A stretch of DNA of 64,000 bases. Origin: a virus. The notes beneath the pieces are model-generated. The model was not told where the DNA came from, searched no databases, and was given only the letters and a program-made list of their open reading frames with translations. A program made the translations under genes and the position numbers. The DNA lies in the IMG/VR virus record IMGVR_UViG_3300009512_000010, positions 32,001 through 96,000 of that record. One strand, given 5' to 3'. Position 1 is the stretch's first letter; every line of letters begins with the position of its first letter. This document shows positions 26,374 through 35,864 of the stretch, piece by piece.

Positions 26374-26568
26374 CTATTTATAAGATTTAATTTGGCTATT
26401 TTTTACTGATTCGACAGGCAAAACCTTACGTGCTTTCCGAAGTTTGCGGTACTCTTCGGACAGGTGTACGGTTACACCACTCACTATGTTGTGTGCGGCC
26501 TTCGTCCTGTTTACTACCCCATAGAGTTGCTCTTGAGATGGTATCGAATAAACGGATCCTATTTTCAT
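26374..26568 (-). CDS. hypothetical protein
   Basis: 64 aa ORF coupled (ATGA) to the nuclease gene. Confidence 0.55.
   Translation of the reverse strand: MKIGSVYSIPSQEQLYGVVNRTKAAHNIVSGVTVHLSEEYRKLRKARKVLPVESVKNSQIKSYK
26375..26382 (-). promoter_or_regulatory. T4-type late promoter TATAAATA
   Basis: Exact match about 40 nt upstream of the internal-protein cluster. Confidence 0.75.
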
Positions 26569-27440
26569 ACGCTCTTTACCTCAAACAGTTCGTGAAGATC
26601 TTTGACGTTATCAAGGCTGTATCTAGATTTGACGTGCGATTTCAATCTACCCTGACAACGATAACCAGCACCAACAACACGATAGGTCTTATCACCAACC
26701 GTGCGTACTTTACTGCCTGATGCACCTAATCGAAACTCTACGTCCATAGCTCCTTTTAGCTCAGGTATGGGTAGTCTCAGGGGATTTTTGCCAAGATAGA
26801 ACAGACCTGCGCCACCGATCTGAATGTAATAAACATTCTTACGATTGTATGCCTTGGCAATGTTCTTAGTATCGGGAAATGATCGTGTGGCATTCATTTC
26901 TTTTAACAAGCCCGCATTCTTAGCGGCAATCCAAGCTTCTTTAGTCACCGAACCAAATGGTATCGTATATGGCACTTTGCTATGAAGTTCTTTGGGTTCT
27001 TGTTTACGAATGAAATCCACCCAAACCTTGAGTGGAGCATCTTGCACTTTAGCGGCTTTCATAAAGAATGGGATAGCGTCAGCATCAACCGCATCGGGCT
27101 GAACAAGAGTACATGTTTTTTCATTACTGTCTATTCGTATAGACGTACCACCCATCTGTGGAAACATGTCAAGTTTGACCTCAATATTGAATTGCTCACC
27201 TCTGTAAGTTGCTTCAATATCTCCTGCGCCTTGGTTACTGAACCCTGCACCATTAACACTACCAACATCTAATCCATCAATCTTGGCGGATTTCATGATA
27301 TCAAAAACTTTTGTTTCGTAATCTAAGGCTCTTGATCCTGTTGGTTCTTCTAGTGGCGTTGCTAACGCCTCTGCTTCATAGTTCATATTGATCTGCCAAT
27401 GTAGATCATGATGCCTCGTTGATCTGCCTTTATATATCAA
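26565..27440 (-). CDS. putative PD-(D/E)XK endonuclease
   Basis: YE...GDIE...NIEVK pattern; TTG start with AGGAG RBS behind a late promoter. Confidence 0.55.
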   Translation of the reverse strand: MIYKGRSTRHHDLHWQINMNYEAEALATPLEEPTGSRALDYETKVFDIMKSAKIDGLDVGSVNGAGFSNQGAGDIEATYRGEQFNIEVKLDMFPQMGGTSIRIDSNEKTCTLVQPDAVDADAIPFFMKAAKVQDAPLKVWVDFIRKQEPKELHSKVPYTIPFGSVTKEAWIAAKNAGLLKEMNATRSFPDTKNIAKAYNRKNVYYIQIGGAGLFYLGKNPLRLPIPELKGAMDVEFRLGASGSKVRTVGDKTYRVVGAGYRCQGRLKSHVKSRYSLDNVKDLHELFEVKSV

Positions 27441-27466
27441 CTCACTTCTCCTTGATAAGTTGATAC

Positions 27467-27474
27467 TATTTATA
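27467..27474 (-). promoter_or_regulatory. T4-type late promoter TATAAATA
   Basis: Exact match in an intergenic gap. Confidence 0.75.
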
Positions 27475-27478
27475 CCAT

Positions 27479-27661
27479 CTACTTGCGGCGAATAAACACC
27501 TTATTACCGATACTCTCTACATAGAATTGGTATTGTTCGAAATTGTCATCCATAAGATCTACGTTAAGAGTTTTGATAGTAGCTTGCAGAGATACCATCT
27601 CTGCTTCGCTAACATCTTCGGCATATAGATCTGGATCACGTTTGTCCATAATCAGTTTCAT
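27479..27661 (-). CDS. hypothetical protein
   Basis: 60 aa ORF downstream of the DUF932 gene. Confidence 0.65.
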   Translation of the reverse strand: MKLIMDKRDPDLYAEDVSEAEMVSLQATIKTLNVDLMDDNFEQYQFYVESIGNKVFIRRK

Positions 27662-27671
27662 AACCTATCCC

Positions 27672-28646
27672 CTATGAAGCCAGTGCGTATTGCACTGCCT
27701 TCTCTGCCGCTTTCATCTTGCGGTTTTGGTTTGCGCCGAACCACTGGCTGTGGAGACGATTTTCTGCATTACGACCTTGAACGTGGTCTGTAACATAAGT
27801 TACTGAGTTGAATGCTTGCCACCAAGATCCTTCGGCGTAGTTGGCTCCCGGTTGGCTCTCTAACACATCATAGCAGTTCTTTGCTTGACGTGACAGATCA
27901 TCAACTGTCTTCACTGAGGCAACCTTACGCTTAGTGTCAGTGTGTGGGAACACATCGTTGTAGAAGTTGATGAGTTCTTCGGCACCGTAGCGGCGTGATC
28001 CAATGAACTGAGCCATCTCTTTATACTTCTCAAACTTCTCGTGTGCGATACCCAAGTGCTCTTTAGCCTGTTGTGGATCAAAAGCTTTACGGTGTGACAC
28101 CTTCTCAACACGCTTATCGTTAGCGTTAAGAGACATAGTCAATGTGTTGTTGCATACCACACGAACAGGTGTGAAGCGCACATCGATTGACTTACCGTAC
28201 ATGTGTGGATTGGAGAACAGCAAGAATGATTCTACTGTATCATCACCAAAGACATCGAAGCTTTCCTTGACCTTAGCCAAAGCCCATACCTGTTGACCAC
28301 CTTTAAGCGATCCCGCAGTATGCATCTCCATATCTCCTGCGGCAATGTATTCCGCAAAGAATTCAAACGCAGTCTCGTTCTGCACAGGGTTCCAATTCTC
28401 TCCAACATTGGTCAGAACTGAGTTATCAGATGTACGGATCAGGGACTGTTGTCCTGTCTTGATCTGTTGACCGTTAACGTTCACGAATGAATCGTGCTTC
28501 TCGACGTTCCAATCAAGACCCGCTTTTTGCATCATCTGAACAGGAGTGAGTTCGTTAGATACCTGAGTACCCAAGCCATGCCAAGGCGTATCGCCCGCAT
28601 AAGCCATCTGAGCAACACCGTCGATAATTTCTACTTCATGTGACAT
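27672..28646 (-). CDS. DUF932 (LGT_TIGR03299-like) family protein
   Basis: MAY.G.TPWHGLG...AGLDW.V...TAGSL.GG..VW.LA...TPVRVVCNNTL. Confidence 0.88.
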   Translation of the reverse strand: MSHEVEIIDGVAQMAYAGDTPWHGLGTQVSNELTPVQMMQKAGLDWNVEKHDSFVNVNGQQIKTGQQSLIRTSDNSVLTNVGENWNPVQNETAFEFFAEYIAAGDMEMHTAGSLKGGQQVWALAKVKESFDVFGDDTVESFLLFSNPHMYGKSIDVRFTPVRVVCNNTLTMSLNANDKRVEKVSHRKAFDPQQAKEHLGIAHEKFEKYKEMAQFIGSRRYGAEELINFYNDVFPHTDTKRKVASVKTVDDLSRQAKNCYDVLESQPGANYAEGSWWQAFNSVTYVTDHVQGRNAENRLHSQWFGANQNRKMKAAEKAVQYALAS

Positions 28647-28684
28647 TGTATTTCCCTTCACTTGTTTTCATAACTAATATAAAC

Positions 28685-28713
28685 AATATAGCATATTGAT
28701 TCGGAGTTGTCAA
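28685..28713 (-). promoter_or_regulatory. early sigma70 promoter with GANTC motif in spacer
   Basis: TTGACA-17-TATATT; CGAATCA at 28697-28703. Confidence 0.75.
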
Positions 28714-28716
28714 CCC

Positions 28717-28902
28717 CTAATCGAAGAAGTTTCCTTCAACCCAATCAAAAGCATTAGTGATCCCAACTTGGAACCATGCGCCATCTTTAGATCCTGCAAA
28801 TTTCCACAGGAGTTCTTTGTTGGCGGCTTCCATGGCACGGCTACAAGTTCCGTGCTCTTCAGTAAAGGTTACCCCATATGCGTTGAATGTATAAGTTTCC
28901 AT
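28717..28902 (-). CDS. hypothetical early protein
   Basis: Probable start METY with AGGAG RBS. Confidence 0.65.
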   Translation of the reverse strand: METYTFNAYGVTFTEEHGTCSRAMEAANKELLWKFAGSKDGAWFQVGITNAFDWVEGNFFD

Positions 28903-28912
28903 AATATATCTC

Positions 28913-29182
28913 CTAAGCGAACATTGGTTGCATGTTTGAGAACACAGCATTGTAGGCATTTACTTCACTGCTATAGTACTCAAAGAATTCGTCATCATCT
29001 TCAAAAGCTACAACAGCTACTTTTCCGTTGAAGAAATCATTTTGACTTGCAACGTATTCTGTCCAACAACGATCCATAGCTTCCATACCCTCAAGAGTAT
29101 CACCACGACCATGGCGTTTCATAGTGTCCCAACCTTCTTGGAAGGATACTTCGTCTTGGTAAAAATTAGGAATTCTAAACAT
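28913..29182 (-). CDS. hypothetical early protein
   Basis: 89 aa ORF behind a promoter/leader cassette. Confidence 0.75.
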   Translation of the reverse strand: MFRIPNFYQDEVSFQEGWDTMKRHGRGDTLEGMEAMDRCWTEYVASQNDFFNGKVAVVAFEDDDEFFEYYSSEVNAYNAVFSNMQPMFA

Positions 29183-29187
29183 GTAAG

Positions 29188-29220
29188 TCTCGCTTTCTTT
29201 GTTTCTATACCATCTTTGTA
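29188..29220. repeat. 33-bp exact dispersed repeat (-10/leader cassette), second copy at 814-846
   Basis: tctcgctttctttgtttctataccatctttgta is identical at 814-846 and 29188-29220; related copies near 1393-1423 and 63499-63530. Confidence 0.9.
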
Positions 29221-29243
29221 CCTGATTCGATATCAGATGTCAA
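29215..29243 (-). promoter_or_regulatory. early sigma70 promoter with GANTC motif in spacer
   Basis: TTGACA-17-TACAAA; CGAATCA at 29223-29229. Confidence 0.75.
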
Positions 29244-29250
29244 GCCCTAT

Positions 29251-29634
29251 TTAATTATATTCGACAATTTGTAGAAGTTCTGTTACCAAACGCTTACCGT
29301 AGGCGGTGAACAAGATCCCTTGCTTCCAAACCCAACCTTCTACACACTGACTATTATAGAATGTCTCAGTTTGGGTCATCCAACGTAGAGCACTTTTACG
29401 ATTAGGGGCACCAAGCTTCATGTATGCTTTGATGTCTTGCTCCACCTGTGCAACAGCTTTCAACTCTTGTACACGATCAAACTCAGCATTAGATGCCAAC
29501 TCTTCGCAAAGCTGATCCCAACGAACTTGCTTTTCAGTAGGTGCCATTGAGTTCCAGTTATCCATGATTACACCACGAGGGCGGAAGCCATAGACTTCTT
29601 TGTGAAGATCTGAAAATACGTTATCGTCATACAT
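29251..29634 (-). CDS. hypothetical early protein
   Basis: SDLHKEVYGFRPR motif; TTGACA-17-CATATT promoter at 29662-29690. Confidence 0.75.
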   Translation of the reverse strand: MYDDNVFSDLHKEVYGFRPRGVIMDNWNSMAPTEKQVRWDQLCEELASNAEFDRVQELKAVAQVEQDIKAYMKLGAPNRKSALRWMTQTETFYNSQCVEGWVWKQGILFTAYGKRLVTELLQIVEYN

Positions 29635-29693
29635 GATTCTCTCCTATTTGCTTTCATAACTAATATGACACAAAGGAGTTTAGCTGTCAAGTC

Positions 29694-31727
29694 TTATTTT
29701 GTGGTTGCTCTAAAGATCCCATCCCAATCCTTTGGGAGATCTTGTGTCTTCATATACTCACAACGTTCAATCCAGATGTCATAATAGTCATCCATCTTGC
29801 CTTCGAACTTACCCTTCATATCTTTACAGATGTAGATAGCTTCGTCAAAGTGCTGTGTTGCATAGAAGTTGTGCATAGTGTTGTGATTGAGCATATCCAC
29901 ACCATGTTTGTTAAGGTCAATGTCTAATACTGTATAAATCGTTAACCCTACAGTCTTACCCTTAACGGCAAGATTGTCAAGTTGTAAATAAAAGAAATCA
30001 TTTTGCGTTAGCTCGTAGGTATGGGGTCCCACAATTAATAGAACCCCATACCCTTTGCATGCGCTCTCTAGTCGAGCGGCTGTACTGACACTGTCTCCGA
30101 GGATATCATAGGAGTGTCTGGATGTAGAACCCATCTCTCCAATATAACCAAGGCCAGTATTAATGCCAGCACCCATACCGACTTGCGGTTTACCTTGTTC
30201 CATAAGTTTTTCATTAAATTTCTCCACTGCTTTTAGCATGTTTAGTCCAACCTGTACCGCAGTCTTTGGATGACTGGGATCTGGGATTGGAGCGTTGTGT
30301 ATGTGCATAGTTGCGTCACCGATATATTTGATGATCATTCCGTTGGCATCTAGCACAGGTTGTGTTATTGCATCCATGTAACTGTTCATCACTGTTGTCA
30401 AACCTTTAACATCATCTCCGAACGATTCACCCAATGGGGTGAAACCTCTAAGATCAGAAAATACAATGCTTACTTTTTTCTTCCGACCTTCTTTAATTAG
30501 TTGTGGGTTCTTCTGTAGTAACTCCACAACTTCTGGTGAAGCATATCCACCGAATTGTTTCTTAATTGCTTGTTTCTCTAGGAACTCTCTAACAAACTTA
30601 ATACCATATACTTGCAATGCTATGATCACAAAGACTATGGTAGGTGCTGTCACATCTATTAGCATCTTCTCTGTATTATACATGTACATTGAATATGGTA
30701 TGACAGAACCGATAAGAACACCTGTCGCAATCAGTCCTACTATCATCCATTTGCTTAGTGCAATTAGAGCCAAGCCACCAATCACAATAGCAAGTAGTTC
30801 CGCCATTGGTGCCCAATCGGGACGTTGGATGTTAGTTCCATTAAACATTGTGCCTAGAACTGCCGCTTGGACTTCCCCTGCATATACAGATCCCATAGCA
30901 GTTGGGGTAGGATTGGCTATACCTGCGGCTGTCACGTCAACGATAACAACTGCACCATCAAAGTTTGGTAGATCCGTTATGGACACTCTCTTACTCTTTT
31001 GGCTCCAATCGATCCAGACACGACCTTCACTGTCAGTTGGGATAATACCGAACTGAGGGATCCTCATCTTCTCTATACCGTTGGGCTGTAATTTGATTTG
31101 AAAGCTAATGTCGCCTGCAAGAACACGTAATGTCTCAAGTGCTAGGCTAGGGTATAGTGTACCATCAACCATTGCTACGGTTGGCATACGTCTAACCACA
31201 CCATCTATCTCTGGTTCTGTGCTAATGATCCCTGCACCAACAGAGTTTTGTTCTATGATTGGGACGTTAGCAATTATGCCATCGTATGGAAGAATTGCAT
31301 GCAAATGCTCTGGATTGATAATAGCCGCACCAGGATTGATAGGTTCGTTCTTAGTTTTGTCTGATGGGCGTGAAGCTAGGACTACAGGATAATCGTATAG
31401 AATATCACCCATATATGCATCACCACCTAAACGATCCTCTTCTGGCATCATGATTGTCCAGACCACAAGACCCGCACCCGAATCATATAAACCTTTTATT
31501 ATATCACCATAAACGTTTCTTGGAAAGGGGTATTGACCATATTTGTTTAAAGCTTCTTCATCTATCTCTGCAACATAGATGTTATTATCTACAGGCTCTT
31601 GGTTAATGATCAGTTGATCAAAATAGTTCAGTCTAATGCTTTGTACAAAGTTAGACGGATATACAAACGTATATACTAAAACTGCTAGGGTTAATATTGC
31701 CCACCAAGGACTCAATAGTTTCTTCAT
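29694..31727 (-). CDS. CHASE2-domain class III adenylate cyclase
   Basis: CHASE2 (IDEEAL..YGQYPFPR, DGVVRR, PSLALE), three TM helices, cyclase motifs FSDLRGFT, KYIGDA, GAGINTG, GEMGS, GDSVSTAARLE. Confidence 0.93.
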   Translation of the reverse strand: MKKLLSPWWAILTLAVLVYTFVYPSNFVQSIRLNYFDQLIINQEPVDNNIYVAEIDEEALNKYGQYPFPRNVYGDIIKGLYDSGAGLVVWTIMMPEEDRLGGDAYMGDILYDYPVVLASRPSDKTKNEPINPGAAIINPEHLHAILPYDGIIANVPIIEQNSVGAGIISTEPEIDGVVRRMPTVAMVDGTLYPSLALETLRVLAGDISFQIKLQPNGIEKMRIPQFGIIPTDSEGRVWIDWSQKSKRVSITDLPNFDGAVVIVDVTAAGIANPTPTAMGSVYAGEVQAAVLGTMFNGTNIQRPDWAPMAELLAIVIGGLALIALSKWMIVGLIATGVLIGSVIPYSMYMYNTEKMLIDVTAPTIVFVIIALQVYGIKFVREFLEKQAIKKQFGGYASPEVVELLQKNPQLIKEGRKKKVSIVFSDLRGFTPLGESFGDDVKGLTTVMNSYMDAITQPVLDANGMIIKYIGDATMHIHNAPIPDPSHPKTAVQVGLNMLKAVEKFNEKLMEQGKPQVGMGAGINTGLGYIGEMGSTSRHSYDILGDSVSTAARLESACKGYGVLLIVGPHTYELTQNDFFYLQLDNLAVKGKTVGLTIYTVLDIDLNKHGVDMLNHNTMHNFYATQHFDEAIYICKDMKGKFEGKMDDYYDIWIERCEYMKTQDLPKDWDGIFRATTK

Positions 31728-32500
31728 TAGTTACCGTTCTGGTCTATGTTAAGTGCGCAACCAGTATCAAGAAAACAAGTTCCCACAACAGAATATGTCA
31801 TACTGTTAGATCCGTACTGTGTAGAGTTAATATCTGCCATTGCATTACTTCCTGTTTCAATATCTATACTCACAGAATGGTTGCCAGATCCTGTCTGAGA
31901 TATATCGAAATCATGGGGTGAGCCTAACATATCGAGAAATGCGTATTTGGATGATCCTGTCTGTGTCAACAGCACGTCATTATCATCACCACTAACCATG
32001 ATATCTGCTTCATGGGTATTACCATCTTGGTCTACAGTAATAGTATTGTCATCACCGTTTGCTTCTATTTTCGCACTATTGTAATCACCGTCTTGATCAA
32101 TAACAATAGTTTGATCATTATCACCACCATTACCTAGTTCGCCATTTGCAAGGTTATAATTGCCATTTTGTTCAATATCAATAACACAATTATTACCATG
32201 GCAATCTAAACTTGCTGAGTTGTTATCACCTGTTTGCGACAGATTGTTTATTCCATTACCAGAACTCATCCATACCCACGCTTGATTATTGTCACCTGTT
32301 TGCGCATATGTAGTGCTTGTGTTGTTACCACTCACTTGAGCCTTACCGCCCGAACCAGTTATCTTATTGTTAGCACCATCTTGAGTGATGGTCATGTCTG
32401 TATTATCACCAACTTGCCTCACATAAACCTCATTAGACCAACTAGCGTTGCTGATAAATGTCAATAGAGTTGCCAGTGTTATCCCCCAACCTGTAGTCAT
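31727..32500 (-). CDS. curlin-repeat protein (CsgA/CsgB-like)
   Basis: Signal peptide plus many QxGxxN repeats (ITQDGANN, AQTGDNN, SQTGDNN, EQNGNYN, DQDGDYN). Confidence 0.8.
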   Translation of the reverse strand: MTTGWGITLATLLTFISNASWSNEVYVRQVGDNTDMTITQDGANNKITGSGGKAQVSGNNTSTTYAQTGDNNQAWVWMSSGNGINNLSQTGDNNSASLDCHGNNCVIDIEQNGNYNLANGELGNGGDNDQTIVIDQDGDYNSAKIEANGDDNTITVDQDGNTHEADIMVSGDDNDVLLTQTGSSKYAFLDMLGSPHDFDISQTGSGNHSVSIDIETGSNAMADINSTQYGSNSMTYSVVGTCFLDTGCALNIDQNGN

Positions 32501-33575
32501 ATAACTCCCAATCGTTCTGTTGCAGATCTATGGTATAACCATATGCCTGATTTAATCTTAGTTGTACGAAGTTTTCTCCGCTATCATTTCTTCTAGAGAA
32601 CACCCAATTAGGTGTTTGGTTTAGTAAGGAGATACCTGTCAATGGATCTAATCCGTATATATTCGCTTCCTGTCTTAGTAGCATTGCATTCTGATCGGCA
32701 AGCTCATCACTAAACAACCTCTTTAATGCCTCATTCAATTGATCTAACATATCATACAGTAAGTCTTTAAGGTAGTCTACGTCCAAGTCGAGTTCAGTAA
32801 GCCAAATTCCCTCTATTGAATCAACTAAGGCGTCATAGTCCAATCCCTCATACTGTAAAAAGTCTAACCCAAGAAAGTCTGCGGCCTGTCGTTTCTCAAT
32901 TAGAATTCTACTTTGCTCTTCAAAGTATGGGTTCTTCTTACGTAGGATCAACAGTTGGTTGATCATGCTTTCATCAATGTCCAACAAAAGTGGTGGTGTT
33001 GGTTTATTGTTACTAGTTGATGCTACCGTAACTTGAAATGCTTTATTAAGTACGACAAATCCAGCATCTGTCTCGACTGTTATCTCTCCTGTGTAGCACA
33101 TACCTGCGGCATCACAACTTGGAAGTAATGTGACCATACTACTACCTGTTTCATCTACAACCATAATGAAGTCTGTGCCACGAACACCAATCGTTGCAGA
33201 TGGAGTTCGTATTCTTACCCTCTGTCTACTATTTTTAGCAATCTGACCACTTGCGTATCGGATTGTTCCTAAACTTGCTTTGAGACCAAGTGATCCCTTT
33301 CCAGTAGATGGGTCATAAACAAAGTCATCAATGATGAGACGTGAGTGTTCTGTTATGTCAACTCTTGTCTCATCAATGAAGTTGATAGTCATGGCAGAGT
33401 TAGCCGTAACTGCCGTATCATCCATTTGTATTCCAGTACCCTTCTCCGCACTTATTTCGGAGTTATCACGCTCAATCGCCGCACCACCTTCTTTACCTTT
33501 AAGTTGGGCAATCTCGCCAATGTTTGCATATGCCGAAGTAGACATACACACTAATAATAAAAAGTACTTTAACAT
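32442..33575 (-). CDS. secreted FecR-domain protein
   Basis: Signal peptide; F.DET.V.I.E.S.L.ID, IRTPSATIGVRGTDF. Confidence 0.85.
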   Translation of the reverse strand: MLKYFLLLVCMSTSAYANIGEIAQLKGKEGGAAIERDNSEISAEKGTGIQMDDTAVTANSAMTINFIDETRVDITEHSRLIIDDFVYDPSTGKGSLGLKASLGTIRYASGQIAKNSRQRVRIRTPSATIGVRGTDFIMVVDETGSSMVTLLPSCDAAGMCYTGEITVETDAGFVVLNKAFQVTVASTSNNKPTPPLLLDIDESMINQLLILRKKNPYFEEQSRILIEKRQAADFLGLDFLQYEGLDYDALVDSIEGIWLTELDLDVDYLKDLLYDMLDQLNEALKRLFSDELADQNAMLLRQEANIYGLDPLTGISLLNQTPNWVFSRRNDSGENFVQLRLNQAYGYTIDLQQNDWELYDYRLGDNTGNSIDIYQQR

Positions 33576-34294
33576 CAGTCAGATTGTGTGATGTTTATAG
33601 CTTGTGTATCGCCATTTGTGTGAAGATCAATTACGTTGTCGTATATACCACTTTGGTTTATAACAACAGCATGCCCACGACCCTTTAGGTCAAGACTGAT
33701 TGTGTGTCCGTTAAGATCTCCATCACCAGAAACGTCAATGTCTAATGTGCTGTTACTCGTTTCAAGACTTGCGTTCTTATCAATTGCTACTGTTATAGAC
33801 GCACTTGTACCATCAACATCTGTTGTGATAACGTTTCCGCTATCGTCAACTGTGAAGTTGATTGTAGAGTTACTCGCATCTGCGGTTTCACCAATATTGA
33901 TTGTATAGTCTTGGTTGTCGCCATCGGCATCAATGTTGAGTGTCACAGTATCACAGTTACCCCCAGCGGCACTAGAACACATAAGATCGATCTCGTTATT
34001 ACTACCCAATATGTCCCAAGTACCTACATAGGTACTACCAAGAATTTGTGCCGTAATGCTGTTCGAGTTACCTGTCTGTGTTATGCTGAATGTCATAGAG
34101 TCGGAAGCACCACTAACAGATCCTAAAACTACATCTTGTAGACTAGTACCTATGGTGTTGTTCTGACCGTCTTGGACAATGTCCAAATCTAAAGTGTCGC
34201 CAACCTGTGTTATGTATATGTCGTTTGCATTAATCGGTGTCAGTGGTATACAAAGTGCGCATACCAATAGTATAAACTTTGATGAATACTTCAT
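33575..34294 (-). CDS. curlin-like secreted beta-solenoid protein
   Basis: Signal peptide; IYITQVGD, IVQDGQNN, ITQTGNSN, INQSG repeats; D/N/T/S/I-rich. Confidence 0.7.
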   Translation of the reverse strand: MKYSSKFILLVCALCIPLTPINANDIYITQVGDTLDLDIVQDGQNNTIGTSLQDVVLGSVSGASDSMTFSITQTGNSNSITAQILGSTYVGTWDILGSNNEIDLMCSSAAGGNCDTVTLNIDADGDNQDYTINIGETADASNSTINFTVDDSGNVITTDVDGTSASITVAIDKNASLETSNSTLDIDVSGDGDLNGHTISLDLKGRGHAVVINQSGIYDNVIDLHTNGDTQAINITQSD

Positions 34295-34306
34295 TGTTCT
34301 TTCCTA

Positions 34307-35107
34307 TCATCCGCCAGTCTTTGGATCTACCAAAAACTTCCAGAATTGTCTGTTTTTCCCTTCGTTAATAAGTTCAATAACGCCAGCTTCTATCGCTGAT
34401 CTGACTGCATAATTAACTGGTTCATTCAAACTATAACCAGTTTCCGCTTCAACTAACTTAGTTCCCATATCAAAGAACTTGAACATATCTGCACCTGTTT
34501 GGTGACTTGCTATGTTCTTTTCAGTAGCAACACTCAGTAATACCTTACCTGTGTTAACACTAACTAATCTCATGACTATTGTGACGGTATCAACTCTATA
34601 TTGTTGTTGAACACCAAGACCAAGATACTTTGCACCTGATCCACCTGTAGCCACACTTGAGTCATAACCAACAATGCCACCCTCAAGAATGAGACCAGCA
34701 AATACCATTGGCTTTAGAGGCGTAGGTCCGTCTGCGAGGTTCTTCTCATAGACTTCTCTTGTGTTTCTAACAAGCTGTCTCTCTCTGATTAAATTGTCAA
34801 GACCAACTCGTTCAACAACCTCAAACCATGTTCCGTGACCAACATCTTGTAATGCTTTGATCACCCATACTTCCGCACCTTGAGTAACGGCACTACTTAA
34901 ACTTGCACCCCCACCGCTAGGCTTTCTCTGTCCTGTCATATCCTTAAACTGATAAACAGCAATGGTCATAATCTTACCATCCATCTGAGGATAGTCGGAA
35001 ATATCATTAGGAGAAACCTGTACCACAGGCTCTTGTCCTATAGGATACTGCGAAGGATCCACACAACCTGCAAGTAATGCTATTATCGTTATCAAAGCAA
35101 AACGCAT
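34307..35107 (-). CDS. csgG: curli secretion channel CsgG (lipoprotein)
   Basis: LAGC lipobox; AVYQFKDMTGQRKP, SSAVTQG, WFEVVERVGLDNL..ERQ, EGGIVGYDS, E.G...NEP. Confidence 0.93.
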   Translation of the reverse strand: MRFALITIIALLAGCVDPSQYPIGQEPVVQVSPNDISDYPQMDGKIMTIAVYQFKDMTGQRKPSGGGASLSSAVTQGAEVWVIKALQDVGHGTWFEVVERVGLDNLIRERQLVRNTREVYEKNLADGPTPLKPMVFAGLILEGGIVGYDSSVATGGSGAKYLGLGVQQQYRVDTVTIVMRLVSVNTGKVLLSVATEKNIASHQTGADMFKFFDMGTKLVEAETGYSLNEPVNYAVRSAIEAGVIELINEGKNRQFWKFLVDPKTGG

Positions 35108-35571
35108 CAGAAGTTAAACTCCCCTGATCCTGGAATAGTAATGGTTGTAGTACCATCGTCATTTGTTATGACTAAGGTGATAGATCCTGTAGTAGAATCT
35201 TTAGACCACTCAATCGTACTTCCCTCAATCTCTGTAGATCCGCTACTAGCGCAATCATCTCCTGTACACTCCGCAAACATGGAGTCAACCATCTGTTTAC
35301 TCAGTGTCGCATATATTCTACTCTCAAGGTTCTTAATAAATTTGTTTAATGTAGTATTCTCTAGCTCACGCTCAATGCGATTAGCTTCCGCTCTCATTTC
35401 GTCTTTTCGGTCTTTATTCCTATTGAACAGTAATTGCTCAGTAGATAGTGCATGGGACGAATATCCTTGCCCACTAAAGGAAGGGTTCTTAAAAGTAAAA
35501 GTTAACTCCGCATTACTTTGTGTTGGGAGTAACACCAAAGCTATTAGGCTTAGGATCATCTTCTTTTTCAT
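35107..35571 (-). CDS. csgF: curli assembly factor CsgF
   Basis: Signal peptide then ELTFTFKNPSFSG; C-terminal GTTTITIP; directly upstream of csgG. Confidence 0.85.
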   Translation of the reverse strand: MKKKMILSLIALVLLPTQSNAELTFTFKNPSFSGQGYSSHALSTEQLLFNRNKDRKDEMRAEANRIERELENTTLNKFIKNLESRIYATLSKQMVDSMFAECTGDDCASSGSTEIEGSTIEWSKDSTTGSITLVITNDDGTTTITIPGSGEFNF

Positions 35572-35863
35572 CGGCTTGACCTGTTGAGTTGTGCGTTTCG
35601 CTCGTTGATTGGAACTTAGCAACTTCATTATCCATGCCACGATGTTCCAACACCATCGAAAGCTTACTGTTTAATCTTATCATATCATTATCAAGCATAC
35701 GAACTCTATCGACCAACCGTATCAGAGTCATCATAGTTTCGCCAATAACAGGGTCAATAGTTTCCGTAACCCACTTCCATATAAAGTAGATAAAGTAACC
35801 CATGCCAACAGAGGCAACGACAGGAAAGCCGTATTCACTTATAGCTTGGGTTACACTATCCAT
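35513..35863 (-). CDS. small membrane protein (GFP-motif TM + coiled coil, YvrJ-like)
   Basis: ISEYGFPVVASVGMGYFIYFIW; RVRMLDNDMIRL; paralog of 36102-36380. Confidence 0.7.
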   Translation of the reverse strand: MDSVTQAISEYGFPVVASVGMGYFIYFIWKWVTETIDPVIGETMMTLIRLVDRVRMLDNDMIRLNSKLSMVLEHRGMDNEVAKFQSTSETHNSTGQADEKEDDPKPNSFGVTPNTK

Positions 35864-35864
35864 C

